Shown here one piece after another: positions 17,271 to 26,436 of a stretch of 64,000 nucleotides of DNA (positions are counted from its first letter, which is position 1; every line of letters begins with the position of its first letter). This DNA comes from a virus. Position numbers and translations under genes: made by a program. The notes under the pieces are model-generated. The model did not search any database. It was given only the letters and a program-made list of their open reading frames with translations, and was not told the origin of the DNA. The DNA is taken from positions 96,001 through 160,000 of the IMG/VR virus record IMGVR_UViG_3300032246_001180. One strand, written 5' to 3'.

Positions 17271-17503
17271 TGAAAAAGATTTTTGTATTATTGCCAATTT
17301 TGGCCGTAATGGTCGGTTGTTCTAGTACGCCTACGATTAAGAATTATGAAGGTCCAAAAGCCTTAGAACGTAATGCTGTAATTGAAGGTGCTCGTTCTTG
17401 TGTTAATACACGAATGAAACCACAAATTGTATATTTGCCACAAAAAACTGAATTTGGTTCTGTGTTGGTACCTGTGGATGTTCATTGTGAACCTTACAAA
17501 TAA
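17270..17503 (+). CDS. small lipoprotein
   Basis: MKKIFVLLPILAVMVGC lipobox. Confidence 0.7.
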   Translation: MKKIFVLLPILAVMVGCSSTPTIKNYEGPKALERNAVIEGARSCVNTRMKPQIVYLPQKTEFGSVLVPVDVHCEPYK

Positions 17504-17514
17504 TTGGTGAACAT

Positions 17515-17817
17515 ATGGAAATGTTCTATCAGTTTGGTTTAACACAAAGAATACTGGAGGCCGCCATTATTTTTGGTGGTGCCGCTATATTGATTGCCGC
17601 TCTTTGGAGATATCTTATCCTTGGCGCAGGTGTCATTTTGGTTGTGTATATCTTTATGCACCACGAACCTCAATCTGCAAATGCAAAACCTATCGATGAT
17701 ATGGCAAAAATAGAAGCGCAGAAAAAAGAATTTATGGAAGATTGTCTAAGTATAGCAATGAATGATAAATTTCAATGTGATGTGATTTGGCGTGAGCGTC
17801 AACAAGAAGAAAGGTAA
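17515..17817 (+). CDS. membrane protein
   Basis: two hydrophobic segments. Confidence 0.65.
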   Translation: MEMFYQFGLTQRILEAAIIFGGAAILIAALWRYLILGAGVILVVYIFMHHEPQSANAKPIDDMAKIEAQKKEFMEDCLSIAMNDKFQCDVIWRERQQEER

Positions 17818-17822
17818 ATAAA

Positions 17823-18221
17823 ATGGCAATATGGAAAATTGAACCTACATTTAAAAAGTCCATCAGGGACATTAATCATTGGCGTAATAGTGCAGGCCAA
17901 TTAATTACCCACGAAACTGGTTGGCGTTGGGGTGAATTCTTTATTGAAACTGAAGATGATAATCCGCCAGATTTGCCACTAGATGGTGGATTTGACATTA
18001 TGGATTGTGGTTATGAAATGAGTGATTTCTCAACTGATGATGGTTGTTGGGAAGAATATGAATTTGATGGTTTCACCGAAGAAGAAGAAGAAGCTATGCA
18101 AGAATGGCTTGATGAAAATTCCGTGTTCGATTTAGAAGATGAACGTGGTGAAGAAGGATGGTCCTGCGATGAAGCGGAAATGTTTATTGATTGCCCAATT
18201 ACTATCGAGCGAGCAGATTAA
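17823..18221 (+). CDS. acidic hypothetical protein
   Basis: very Asp/Glu-rich; GWRWGEF. Confidence 0.7.
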   Translation: MAIWKIEPTFKKSIRDINHWRNSAGQLITHETGWRWGEFFIETEDDNPPDLPLDGGFDIMDCGYEMSDFSTDDGCWEEYEFDGFTEEEEEAMQEWLDENSVFDLEDERGEEGWSCDEAEMFIDCPITIERAD

Positions 18222-18454
18222 TGGATGATGATAAATTCTTAAAATTGGTAGAAAAAACAGATATGTTTTTGGCCGAGATTGGCACCGAATTCTCATTAGA
18301 TGCTCTTAGTATGTCTGCTGTCGTGATGGCTAGACTAACATGGGTAAACAAAGAAGTTGGCTCTGTTGAGCAGTATTCAAAACTTATATCCAGTATACAA
18401 GAAAAAATTGAAAGTGGAGTTTTGGATTTAGAAAAAGATGTAAAAATTCATTAG
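18221..18454 (+). CDS. hypothetical protein
   Basis: TAATG coupling. Confidence 0.6.
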   Translation: MDDDKFLKLVEKTDMFLAEIGTEFSLDALSMSAVVMARLTWVNKEVGSVEQYSKLISSIQEKIESGVLDLEKDVKIH

Positions 18455-18514
18455 TGTTGTTTTTATATAACAACCAAAAATAATGCTTGACTTATATCTT
18501 GGTTGTGATATAAT
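18455..18514 (+). promoter_or_regulatory. degenerate TGTTG-N8-TAACA site plus sigma70 promoter
   Basis: TTGACT(18487)-N16-TATAAT. Confidence 0.8.
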
Positions 18515-18537
18515 ATTTTTTTAAACATGGAGTTATT

Positions 18538-19467
18538 ATGCGTATCGCTCTCGCATCGGATATTCATTTGGAATTTGCCGATATCAATCTACAAAATACC
18601 GACAACGCTGATGTATTGATTCTTAGCGGAGATATCTGTGTGGCTCGGGACATTGGTAGACCTGACCCAAACAATTTTATGGAAGGTGCGAAAAGTAATC
18701 GTATTACCGATTTCTTCAAGCGTTGTTCGTTTCAATTTCCTCATGTTGTGTATATCATGGGTAACCATGAACACTATCATGGTGATTTTGCTACAAGTGG
18801 AAATAAAATTCGTTCAATGTTGGAATCTAATATGTTGAGCAATGTGTATTTGCTTGACAAAGAATCTAAGACGATTGGTGATGTTACCTTTATTGGTGGT
18901 ACTCTTTGGACTGATATGAACAAGGAAGATCCAATTACATTGCTGCACATGAGAGGCATGATGAATGATTTCCGTTGTGTTGAAAATGGTAATCGTGTTG
19001 TTAACTATAAAGCACCAATCTATAAAAAAGATGCTGATGGTAAATACATCATGCAAAAGATTGGTGAAATCAATTCTATGGTTGAAGATGGTTTTGAATT
19101 CAAAACCCGTGTTGCAACATTTTCACCAGTTGATGCGGTTGAAGATTTTAAAAAGATGGTTGATTATATTCGAATTATAGTTGAAGGTAAATTTGACCAG
19201 AAGTTTGTTGTAGTTGGTCATCATGCGCCAAGTAAATCTTCTACTCATCCACGTTATGCGAAGGAAGAAATTATGAATGGTGGTTACAGTTCTGATTTGA
19301 ATTCTTTCATTATGGAACGACCTCAAATCAAATTGTGGACTCACGGTCATACACACGAAGATTTTGATTATATGATTGGTACTACCCGTGTCGTTTGTAA
19401 TCCCCGTGGTTACGATGGTTACGAAGATAGAGCCGATAGATTTCAATTGAAGTTTATGGAGGTATGA
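18538..19467 (+). CDS. calcineurin-like metallophosphoesterase
   Basis: SDIH, GDI, GNHE, GHH, HGHTH motifs. Confidence 0.9.
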   Translation: MRIALASDIHLEFADINLQNTDNADVLILSGDICVARDIGRPDPNNFMEGAKSNRITDFFKRCSFQFPHVVYIMGNHEHYHGDFATSGNKIRSMLESNMLSNVYLLDKESKTIGDVTFIGGTLWTDMNKEDPITLLHMRGMMNDFRCVENGNRVVNYKAPIYKKDADGKYIMQKIGEINSMVEDGFEFKTRVATFSPVDAVEDFKKMVDYIRIIVEGKFDQKFVVVGHHAPSKSSTHPRYAKEEIMNGGYSSDLNSFIMERPQIKLWTHGHTHEDFDYMIGTTRVVCNPRGYDGYEDRADRFQLKFMEV

Positions 19468-19664
19468 TGATTTCTTTGAATCGTAAACAAGCAGAAAAGT
19501 TTGTTAAATTGGTAGACCACTTTAAAGATGTAGAGTGGTTTACCATCGAAGAAGTCAAAGACAACGGAATTGGACCTGTAGTACAGGTTCGGTTCAATCT
19601 CTTTGGTGATAATGATAAAGATGATGATGTTAAGGTTGATATAACGGACGTTTCGACATGGTAG
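19464..19664 (+). CDS. hypothetical protein
   Basis: GIGP...DITDVSTW. Confidence 0.6.
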   Translation: MMISLNRKQAEKFVKLVDHFKDVEWFTIEEVKDNGIGPVVQVRFNLFGDNDKDDDVKVDITDVSTW

Positions 19665-20263
19665 ATGACCAATCTTTTATTGCATTAGATTTGGAGTTAA
19701 ACAATGCTCCGGATCATTCTACGCCCAACCCGAAGATTATTCAGGTTGGTATTGCCATTGGTGATTACCAAATGTATAAATCAAATACTTTGATATCTCA
19801 CCATTGGTATTTGAATCCAAACGAACCAATCTATCCTTTCATTACTGAATTGACAGGTATCACCGATGAAGATGTTACGACCAAATCTGTAACACATGAA
19901 GTTTTGCTTACACAATTGACTGGATTTATTCACAAGTACAAACCTTTTCTAAATCCTGTAACATGGGGTGGTGGTGATTCTACAGAACTGAAACAAGAAT
20001 ATATTGATAGACAAATTCCTTTTCCGCTTTTTGGTCGCCGTTGGATTGATGTAAAGACTTGGTATGTTTTGCATATGTTGACGAAAGGTAAAAGACCATC
20101 AGGCGGCTTGCGTTCCGCTATGGGAGAGTTTAAAATGAAATTCGAAGGCACACCGCACCGTGCTGACGATGATGCGTTAAATACTTTGCGGTTGTTTTTT
20201 AAAATTATGGAACAACAAAGAAAAATGTATGATATGATGGAGTTAGCTAAAGATGCGAGTTAA
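19658..20263 (+). CDS. DEDDh 3'-5' exonuclease
   Basis: LDLE, ELTGI, TWG..D, HRADDDA. Confidence 0.85.
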   Translation: MVDDQSFIALDLELNNAPDHSTPNPKIIQVGIAIGDYQMYKSNTLISHHWYLNPNEPIYPFITELTGITDEDVTTKSVTHEVLLTQLTGFIHKYKPFLNPVTWGGGDSTELKQEYIDRQIPFPLFGRRWIDVKTWYVLHMLTKGKRPSGGLRSAMGEFKMKFEGTPHRADDDALNTLRLFFKIMEQQRKMYDMMELAKDAS

Positions 20264-20453
20264 TGAATACTATGTGTTATCAGATTGTGTTGAACGTGGT
20301 GTTCAATTTGGTATGAGTCGTGCTTACAAACATACCGATTTTCCTACAGAAGAACAAATTAAAATCGCTTTAGTTGATGCTGTTTTATTAGAAATTAGTG
20401 AATACTTTAATTTTGATGATGCACAAACTATAGAGATTGATAAACAATCATGA
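20253..20453 (+). CDS. hypothetical protein
   Basis: RAYKHTD motif. Confidence 0.6.
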   Translation: MRVNEYYVLSDCVERGVQFGMSRAYKHTDFPTEEQIKIALVDAVLLEISEYFNFDDAQTIEIDKQS

Positions 20454-21286
20454 AAAAGATTTTAGTTACTGGTAGTAGTGGATACATCGGACAACATCTT
20501 TGCAAATTGTTGAAACAAACAGGTGAATATGAAATTCACGGTATGGATATTGTTTTTAATAATAAAAACCTTGATGTGTTTACAAAACAAAATGTTATGC
20601 AATATTCCAGAGGATTTGAAATAACAATACACAAGTATGATGCAGTTGTTCATTTGGCTGCATTGGTGCGAGTCAACGAAAGTGTGGAGAAACCTGATTA
20701 TTATTATAGAAACAATTTGTTTGGTACAATGAATGTACTTCAACAAATTAAGTATGACAATTTTATTTTTGCTTCAACGGGTGCAGCATCCAATCCTACA
20801 AGTCCTTATGGTTTGTCAAAACGGTGTGCTGAAGATGTTGTCAAAGAATACTGTAAGAAAAACAATAAACAATTTACTATGTTTCGATTCTATAATGTGA
20901 TTGGTTCTGATGGTATTCCTCCAACTAATCCTGATGGGTTGTTTTACAATTTAATCAATGCAGAAAAAACTGGAGAGTTCAACCTGTATGGTGATGACTA
21001 CAACACACCCGATGGTTCACCTGTTCGTGATTATGTTCATGTGATGGAAATTTGTCATGCGATTAAAACTGCAATTGAGTTGCCCGCTAATCGCTTAGAG
21101 AATCTTGGTCATGGCCACGGGTATTCAGTCAAAGAAATTATTGATATTTACAAAGATGTAAACAAGTGTAATTTCAAAGTTAATATTTTGCCACGCCGTG
21201 AAGGTGATTTAGAGAAAACTGTCCTAGATAAACCTTCTAGTTATTTAAAGTCCATGTATATTATTGAGGAGTTATTGAAAAAATGA
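20450..21286 (+). CDS. NAD-dependent nucleotide-sugar epimerase (GalE-like SDR)
   Basis: TGSSGYIG, HLAA, YGLSK, RDYVHV, RREGD. Confidence 0.9.
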   Translation: MKKILVTGSSGYIGQHLCKLLKQTGEYEIHGMDIVFNNKNLDVFTKQNVMQYSRGFEITIHKYDAVVHLAALVRVNESVEKPDYYYRNNLFGTMNVLQQIKYDNFIFASTGAASNPTSPYGLSKRCAEDVVKEYCKKNNKQFTMFRFYNVIGSDGIPPTNPDGLFYNLINAEKTGEFNLYGDDYNTPDGSPVRDYVHVMEICHAIKTAIELPANRLENLGHGHGYSVKEIIDIYKDVNKCNFKVNILPRREGDLEKTVLDKPSSYLKSMYIIEELLKK

Positions 21287-21432
21287 AAGAAGGATTTACT
21301 GATATTACACTCAACCTAGATACTGATGTGTTGTTTGAATTAATGTTTATGGCACATGAAAGAGATATTACATTGAACCAATTGGTCAATGAAGTTTTAA
21401 AAGCATATATTGAGGAGCATAAAAATGATTGA
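21283..21432 (+). CDS. small ribbon-helix-helix-like protein (not in ORF track)
   Basis: LNLDTDVLFELMFMAHERDITLNQLVNEVL. Confidence 0.55.
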   Translation: MKEGFTDITLNLDTDVLFELMFMAHERDITLNQLVNEVLKAYIEEHKND

Positions 21433-21940
21433 TGATGATGATTATGATTACAACCGTTATGAAATGGTTCTCAAACAACTTCTTGGTGCTATGTGGCGTG
21501 ATGAAGAAAATTTGGAAAGAGGTGAAAATATCTCCGATATTCCAGAAGTTAAAATTATGTTTGAATCTTACGCTGACAAAGAACTTGAAGATGACGATGG
21601 TAATTATGTTGAAACTATTGAGAATGGTGATACCAATCAAGAATGTTATTGCATATTCATTCACAAAGATTCTGGTCAAGAAGGTTTTGAATTCCCCGAA
21701 CATGATTCATATGCATTTACTTTTGGTAGTTTGATTCAACATCGACCTGCTGAAGAAGTGTGTATCTATGCATGGTATGATGTTAAAGAAGATGATTGGT
21801 CTATCAATTCATTAGAAGAAACATCGGAACACGAAATGACCAATAAACAGGTTATGGATATTTTAGAAACACTTTATAGTAGATATTATAAATCTACTGA
21901 AAACGATACAACATGGGATAATTGGAAGGCGATGAAATGA
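21425..21940 (+). CDS. acidic hypothetical protein
   Basis: GAGGAG SD. Confidence 0.7.
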   Translation: MIDDDDYDYNRYEMVLKQLLGAMWRDEENLERGENISDIPEVKIMFESYADKELEDDDGNYVETIENGDTNQECYCIFIHKDSGQEGFEFPEHDSYAFTFGSLIQHRPAEEVCIYAWYDVKEDDWSINSLEETSEHEMTNKQVMDILETLYSRYYKSTENDTTWDNWKAMK

Positions 21941-22884
21941 AATTGAAATTAATTATTGCAACTATGGCTCTGATAACATCTACAGCATTTGCTCAAGAGT
22001 GGCCACAAAAAACGGTTAAGGTTGTTGTACCTTTGGGTGCTGGCAGTTCTTTGGATATTATTACTAGAATTGTTTTTGAACAAGTTTCTAAACAAACAGG
22101 AAAACCTTTTGTAATAGAAAATAAACCAGGCGCTAGTGGTACGATTGCCGCTTCTGGTTTTGTAAAATCTGCGCCTGATGGCCACACTCTTTTTGTGAAC
22201 ACATGGACACAAACAATATTACCATCAGCATTTAAAAATTTAAGTTATAGTGTTGAAAATGATTTCACAAACATAACTGGACTCATTACACAGCCTTTTG
22301 TTTTTACGACCAAATCTAAATGGAAAAATTTCAATGACATGGTAAAGTATGGTCGAGAAAATCCAGAAAAACTGGCATATGCAACGGCAGGAAAAGGTAG
22401 TGGCGGACACTTTTGTATGGAAAAGTTTGCACAACAAGCGAATCTCAAAATGCTCGATGTACCATATAAGTCAACAACAGAACCTCTTATGAATATTATG
22501 AGTGGTGATATCGATACGTTTTGTAATACATTAACCCAAGCTATTCCGTTAGAAAAAGACAATCGTATCGTTTTAAGTGCTGTACTTGATTCTAAACGTT
22601 CACCGCTTTTACCAAATGTACCAACATTAAAAGAATTGGGTTACGATGTAAATCTTCATTATTGGATTGGAGTTTTTGGTCCTGCAAAAATGGATGAAGC
22701 ATTAGTTAATAAAATAAACAAAGAGATTCAATTGGCCATGGAAAACACCACAGTTAAAGGTAGGATTTGGGTTACAGGTTCCACACCTTTAACTATGACA
22801 CCAAAACAATTTGATTCTTTTGTTCATAAACAAATTAAAGAAAATGCAGGGATTGTAACCCGTTCTAAAATAACAATGGAGTAA
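21937..22884 (+). CDS. Bug/TctC tripartite tricarboxylate transporter substrate-binding protein
   Basis: signal peptide AFA-Q; WP.K.VKVVVP..AG..D, IENKPGASG, APDGHTL, VPYK, PNVPT.KE.G. Confidence 0.92.
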   Translation: MKLKLIIATMALITSTAFAQEWPQKTVKVVVPLGAGSSLDIITRIVFEQVSKQTGKPFVIENKPGASGTIAASGFVKSAPDGHTLFVNTWTQTILPSAFKNLSYSVENDFTNITGLITQPFVFTTKSKWKNFNDMVKYGRENPEKLAYATAGKGSGGHFCMEKFAQQANLKMLDVPYKSTTEPLMNIMSGDIDTFCNTLTQAIPLEKDNRIVLSAVLDSKRSPLLPNVPTLKELGYDVNLHYWIGVFGPAKMDEALVNKINKEIQLAMENTTVKGRIWVTGSTPLTMTPKQFDSFVHKQIKENAGIVTRSKITME

Positions 22885-23848
22885 TTATGAAATTGAAATT
22901 AATTATTGCAGCAATGGTTATGGTAACATCTACATCATTTGCTCAAGAATGGCCACAAAAACAGGTAAAAGTTATCATTGCTGGAACTCCAGGCAGTGTT
23001 TTAGATAATATCTCTAGAACCGTTTTTGAACAAGTATCAAAACAAACAGGTAAAGCATTTACAATGGAAAATAAAGCTGGTGCTGGCGGCACCATTGCTT
23101 CAACAATTGTTGCTAAATCTTTATCTGATGGCCATACATTACTTGTCAATACTATTACACATACTGTTGTTCCTTCAGCATATAAAAATTTGCCTTATAA
23201 TGTAGAAGAAGATTTTACAAATATATCTGGACTAATTTCTCAACCTTTTGCTGTTGCGACAAGTTTAAAATGGAAAACTGTAGGTGAAATTGTAAAATAT
23301 GGAAAAGAAAATCCTGGTAAATTGAATTATGGAACACCAGGAGTAGGAAGTTCAGGCCATCTTTTTATGGAAAAATTTTCACATTCAGCAAACTTTAAAA
23401 TGGAAAATATTCCTTTTCGTGGTTCTCCTGAAGCTATGATTGAATTAGCAGCTGGAAGAATAGATATCTTTCCGGCACCTGTCAGTCAAGCATTACCTTT
23501 TCAAAAAGATGGACGTGTTAATATTGTTGCTGTAACATCACCGAAACGTTCAGTAAATTTACCAGATGTACCCACAATGTCCGAATCAGGTGTTTTGGGT
23601 GCTACATATCTATATTGGATCGGTGTGTTTGGTCCATCTAAAATGGATACGAAGCAAACCTCAATCATTAATTCGGAGATACAGCGTGCTCTATCCTCAC
23701 CTGAAGTTAAATTGAAATTAAATGATTTAGGTATAACAGAAACATTTAAAATGACTTCAAACGAATTCGATAATTTTGTTAGAAGTGAAATTAAACACAA
23801 CGCAGAGATTGTAACCCGTTCTAAAATAACAATGGAGTAATTATGAAA
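22851..23848 (+). repeat. 42-bp exact direct repeat at the 3' ends of both Bug genes
   Basis: GATTGTAACCCGTTCTAAAATAACAATGGAGTAATTATGAAA at 22851-22892 and 23807-23848. Confidence 0.9.
22887..23840 (+). CDS. Bug/TctC substrate-binding protein (tandem paralog)
   Basis: same motifs; ENKAGAGG, GTPGVGSSGHL, IPFRG, PDVPTMSESG. Confidence 0.92.
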   Translation: MKLKLIIAAMVMVTSTSFAQEWPQKQVKVIIAGTPGSVLDNISRTVFEQVSKQTGKAFTMENKAGAGGTIASTIVAKSLSDGHTLLVNTITHTVVPSAYKNLPYNVEEDFTNISGLISQPFAVATSLKWKTVGEIVKYGKENPGKLNYGTPGVGSSGHLFMEKFSHSANFKMENIPFRGSPEAMIELAAGRIDIFPAPVSQALPFQKDGRVNIVAVTSPKRSVNLPDVPTMSESGVLGATYLYWIGVFGPSKMDTKQTSIINSEIQRALSSPEVKLKLNDLGITETFKMTSNEFDNFVRSEIKHNAEIVTRSKITME

Positions 23849-24469
23849 GTATACATGAATGGATATCCAGATAACTGGTTATCACCTTATACAATCTTGG
23901 AGAAGGTTTTCTTTTGGCGTGAGATTGATTATGATGAACCACTTATTGATAAATGGTCAAGCCGCCTAACGCCTTTCTGTAATGCATTGCAAAAGGTTCG
24001 TAGTTTTTTCAATCCTACAATTCGTTATGTGAAGATTGACCGTTACGATACATGGTCGATGGATCATACCTTGGCTCATATCATTCACCCAATGCTTATT
24101 CAGTTGAAGAAAGATAAGCATGGCGCCCCATTTGTTGATGATGAAGATGTGCCTGATGAAATTAAATCTATCAATGCACCACCTAAAAAAGAAGAATACG
24201 ATACCGATGCATTTCATTTCGACCGTTGGGATTGGGTTATGGATCAGATGATTTGGTCTTTTGAACAAGAACTCAGAGATGATGATGAACATCAATTTTT
24301 TGACCATTCAGAATATGATGATGTAGACAATCATAAACAATGGTTCAAAGATTTATCAGAAGGTAAATCCAAAACCAAAGTTGATTGGGATGGTCTTAAA
24401 GCACACCAAGCAAAAAAACAAAATGGATTCAGACTGTTTGGTAAATATTATCAAGCACTTTGGGATTAA
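23843..24469 (+). CDS. conserved phage hypothetical protein
   Basis: DTWSMDHTLA...GFRLFGKYYQALWD. Confidence 0.8.
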   Translation: MKVYMNGYPDNWLSPYTILEKVFFWREIDYDEPLIDKWSSRLTPFCNALQKVRSFFNPTIRYVKIDRYDTWSMDHTLAHIIHPMLIQLKKDKHGAPFVDDEDVPDEIKSINAPPKKEEYDTDAFHFDRWDWVMDQMIWSFEQELRDDDEHQFFDHSEYDDVDNHKQWFKDLSEGKSKTKVDWDGLKAHQAKKQNGFRLFGKYYQALWD

Positions 24470-24471
24470 TC

Positions 24472-24708
24472 ATGTTCTCTTACTACTACTATTGGCAATC
24501 AATCAAACGTTTCAAACTATCGGAGGAAACTCTCCGTATGATGGCACCTGATGTACCGCCAATGCTAGAAGCACAACACGAAATGATTCAGCGTGAAATG
24601 GAATATTACCGAAATGAATCTAACAAGTTTACCATTATATGGTTGATTTTTGTAATCGGTGCCTGTATAATGGGTACTCTATATGTGAAAGGACTGATTC
24701 ATGTTTGA
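24472..24708 (+). CDS. hypothetical membrane protein
   Basis: C-terminal hydrophobic segment. Confidence 0.6.
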   Translation: MFSYYYYWQSIKRFKLSEETLRMMAPDVPPMLEAQHEMIQREMEYYRNESNKFTIIWLIFVIGACIMGTLYVKGLIHV

Positions 24709-24967
24709 TAAACTCTATGTATGGATAGGTAAACATCTAATTGCTTTGTTTGTAACGGCATTGGTTATTACTCTGACAATGACTGTTGTTAATTTGATTG
24801 ATGTGGTTCGTAAACCTGCATCTATCAATGTTGCTGAAGGTAGTATTCAACATCGTTTGGTCTGGTCAACTAAAGGCGAATGTTTCTTTGTTCGACCATA
24901 TTCAAATGAAACTGTATATTTAATTCGTGTGCAAGATTGTGATAAAACTGAGAAAGTTGGTAAATGA
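24701..24967 (+). CDS. hypothetical membrane-anchored protein
   Basis: AAGGA SD; N-terminal TM segment; promoter-like TTGATT-N17-TATAAT at 24643-24671. Confidence 0.65.
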   Translation: MFDKLYVWIGKHLIALFVTALVITLTMTVVNLIDVVRKPASINVAEGSIQHRLVWSTKGECFFVRPYSNETVYLIRVQDCDKTEKVGK

Positions 24968-25140
24968 AACCTAATAAAGATTTTAAATTGAGCAAAACTA
25001 CTAAACGTATGTTAGCTAATTTTACGGACAAAAATCAACGTGGAGAATGGAAACGCTTGATGATTAGTGCAGAAATTGCTGAAAAGCAGGCTAGAATGGC
25101 CAAATTGACATTTAATAAATCCAACCAAGGAGATGAGTGA
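24964..25140 (+). CDS. small basic protein (not in ORF track)
   Basis: MKPNKDFKLSKTTKRMLA... Confidence 0.6.
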   Translation: MKPNKDFKLSKTTKRMLANFTDKNQRGEWKRLMISAEIAEKQARMAKLTFNKSNQGDE

Positions 25141-25415
25141 TGAGTTTATTTGTAGAAGTGAATAGCATTGATAAACAATGTAAAGTTATTATTAACTTAG
25201 ATGAGGTAGTTGAAATTGCCCCTTTAGTTGAAGGTGGTTGTGCCATTTTCTTTTCTGATGGTGCAGGCATGAACTCAAAAACTGCTATCAAAGTTAGTGA
25301 TGATTATGATATTTTCAAACAGTTTGTTTTGCAAACCGTATCAACTGAAGATATTCAGAAAAAAGTTAAATCACTCAAAGCACAAGTACCTGCATACGAA
25401 ATTCCTAAACTGTAA
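25140..25415 (+). CDS. hypothetical protein
   Basis: AAGGAG SD. Confidence 0.65.
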   Translation: MSLFVEVNSIDKQCKVIINLDEVVEIAPLVEGGCAIFFSDGAGMNSKTAIKVSDDYDIFKQFVLQTVSTEDIQKKVKSLKAQVPAYEIPKL

Positions 25416-25423
25416 CACATAAA

Positions 25424-25711
25424 ATGATCCATGATTTGTTCCGACCCACACTTGAATGGATAAAAGATGATTGGACTTCTAATCGCTTGCGTTTTGTTGT
25501 TGAGTTGTTTGCTTGGGCTATTAGCATCGGGTGTTCTATTACTATGGCAACCACAGTCCCGAATCCTCCTTTACTCACGCTATATCCTATTTGGATTTCT
25601 GGCTGTGCTATGTATGCTTGGGCTGCTTATACTCGGAAATCTTTTGGGATGCTTGCTAACTACCTACTGTTAACAACTATTGATACTATTGGTTTAATTC
25701 GGATGTTATAA
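25424..25711 (+). CDS. membrane protein (about 3 TM segments)
   Basis: hydrophobic segments. Confidence 0.7.
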   Translation: MIHDLFRPTLEWIKDDWTSNRLRFVVELFAWAISIGCSITMATTVPNPPLLTLYPIWISGCAMYAWAAYTRKSFGMLANYLLLTTIDTIGLIRML

Positions 25712-25860
25712 TGTGGCGACTATGGGCAAAAGCACTTGGAGAAAAATATGGTAGAACGGATCGTGAGGCGGATAAAATCGCTATCATCAGAACAATTATC
25801 GTTGTATCTTATCTCATTACTAATTCTTTTATTATTGCTGGGGTTTTAAGGCATTGGTAA
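25711..25860 (+). CDS. small conserved T4-like phage membrane protein (not in ORF track)
   Basis: MWRLWAKALGEK...IIAGVLRHW. Confidence 0.7.
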   Translation: MWRLWAKALGEKYGRTDREADKIAIIRTIIVVSYLITNSFIIAGVLRHW

Positions 25861-25863
25861 ACC

Positions 25864-26436
25864 ATGACATTTGAAACTATTGTTATTGATGATGTATTGC
25901 CAAAAGAATATGCCGATAAGATAGAAAGAATACACATTAGTGGATCCTTTCCTTGGACTTTCAACGTTGATATGACTTTGCCGGCTGAGTTAAGAACGAA
26001 ACTACCTAATTATATTAACACTCCAGGTTTTACCCATGCATCGGTACATCTTAAAAAACAAGTTAGTCAATATATTGCCCAATTTGCTAAAATAGTTTAT
26101 TATACTTTACAGAAAATAAACTATACAAAAAGTTATGAAATAATTGTTTGTCGTTCCTTTATGTTGTTGCCAACTCCTAAAGTTGAGGAATTTACAACTA
26201 AACATATAGATACGGAAACACCTCATTTGGTTATTTTATATTATGTGAATGATACCGATGGAGATACCTATTTATTCGGTAAAGAAAAAGATAGTGAGCT
26301 GGTACAAAAAGTTTCGCCTCAAAAAAATCGAGCTGTAATTTTTGACGGATCAAATTACCATGCAAGTAGTTTGCCAACCAACAAACATAGAATTGTAATG
26401 AACTTTAATCTTGAAATTGAAAATGATGACCTATGA
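25864..26436 (+). CDS. 2OG-Fe(II) oxygenase
   Basis: HID, LYYVNDTDGDT, P.KNRAVIFDG..YH, RIVMNFN. Confidence 0.85.
   Translation: MTFETIVIDDVLPKEYADKIERIHISGSFPWTFNVDMTLPAELRTKLPNYINTPGFTHASVHLKKQVSQYIAQFAKIVYYTLQKINYTKSYEIIVCRSFMLLPTPKVEEFTTKHIDTETPHLVILYYVNDTDGDTYLFGKEKDSELVQKVSPQKNRAVIFDGSNYHASSLPTNKHRIVMNFNLEIENDDL

Noticed and set aside
21937-23840. host chromosomal contamination
   Set aside because: AT-rich like the flanks and tightly packed against phage ORFs on both sides.
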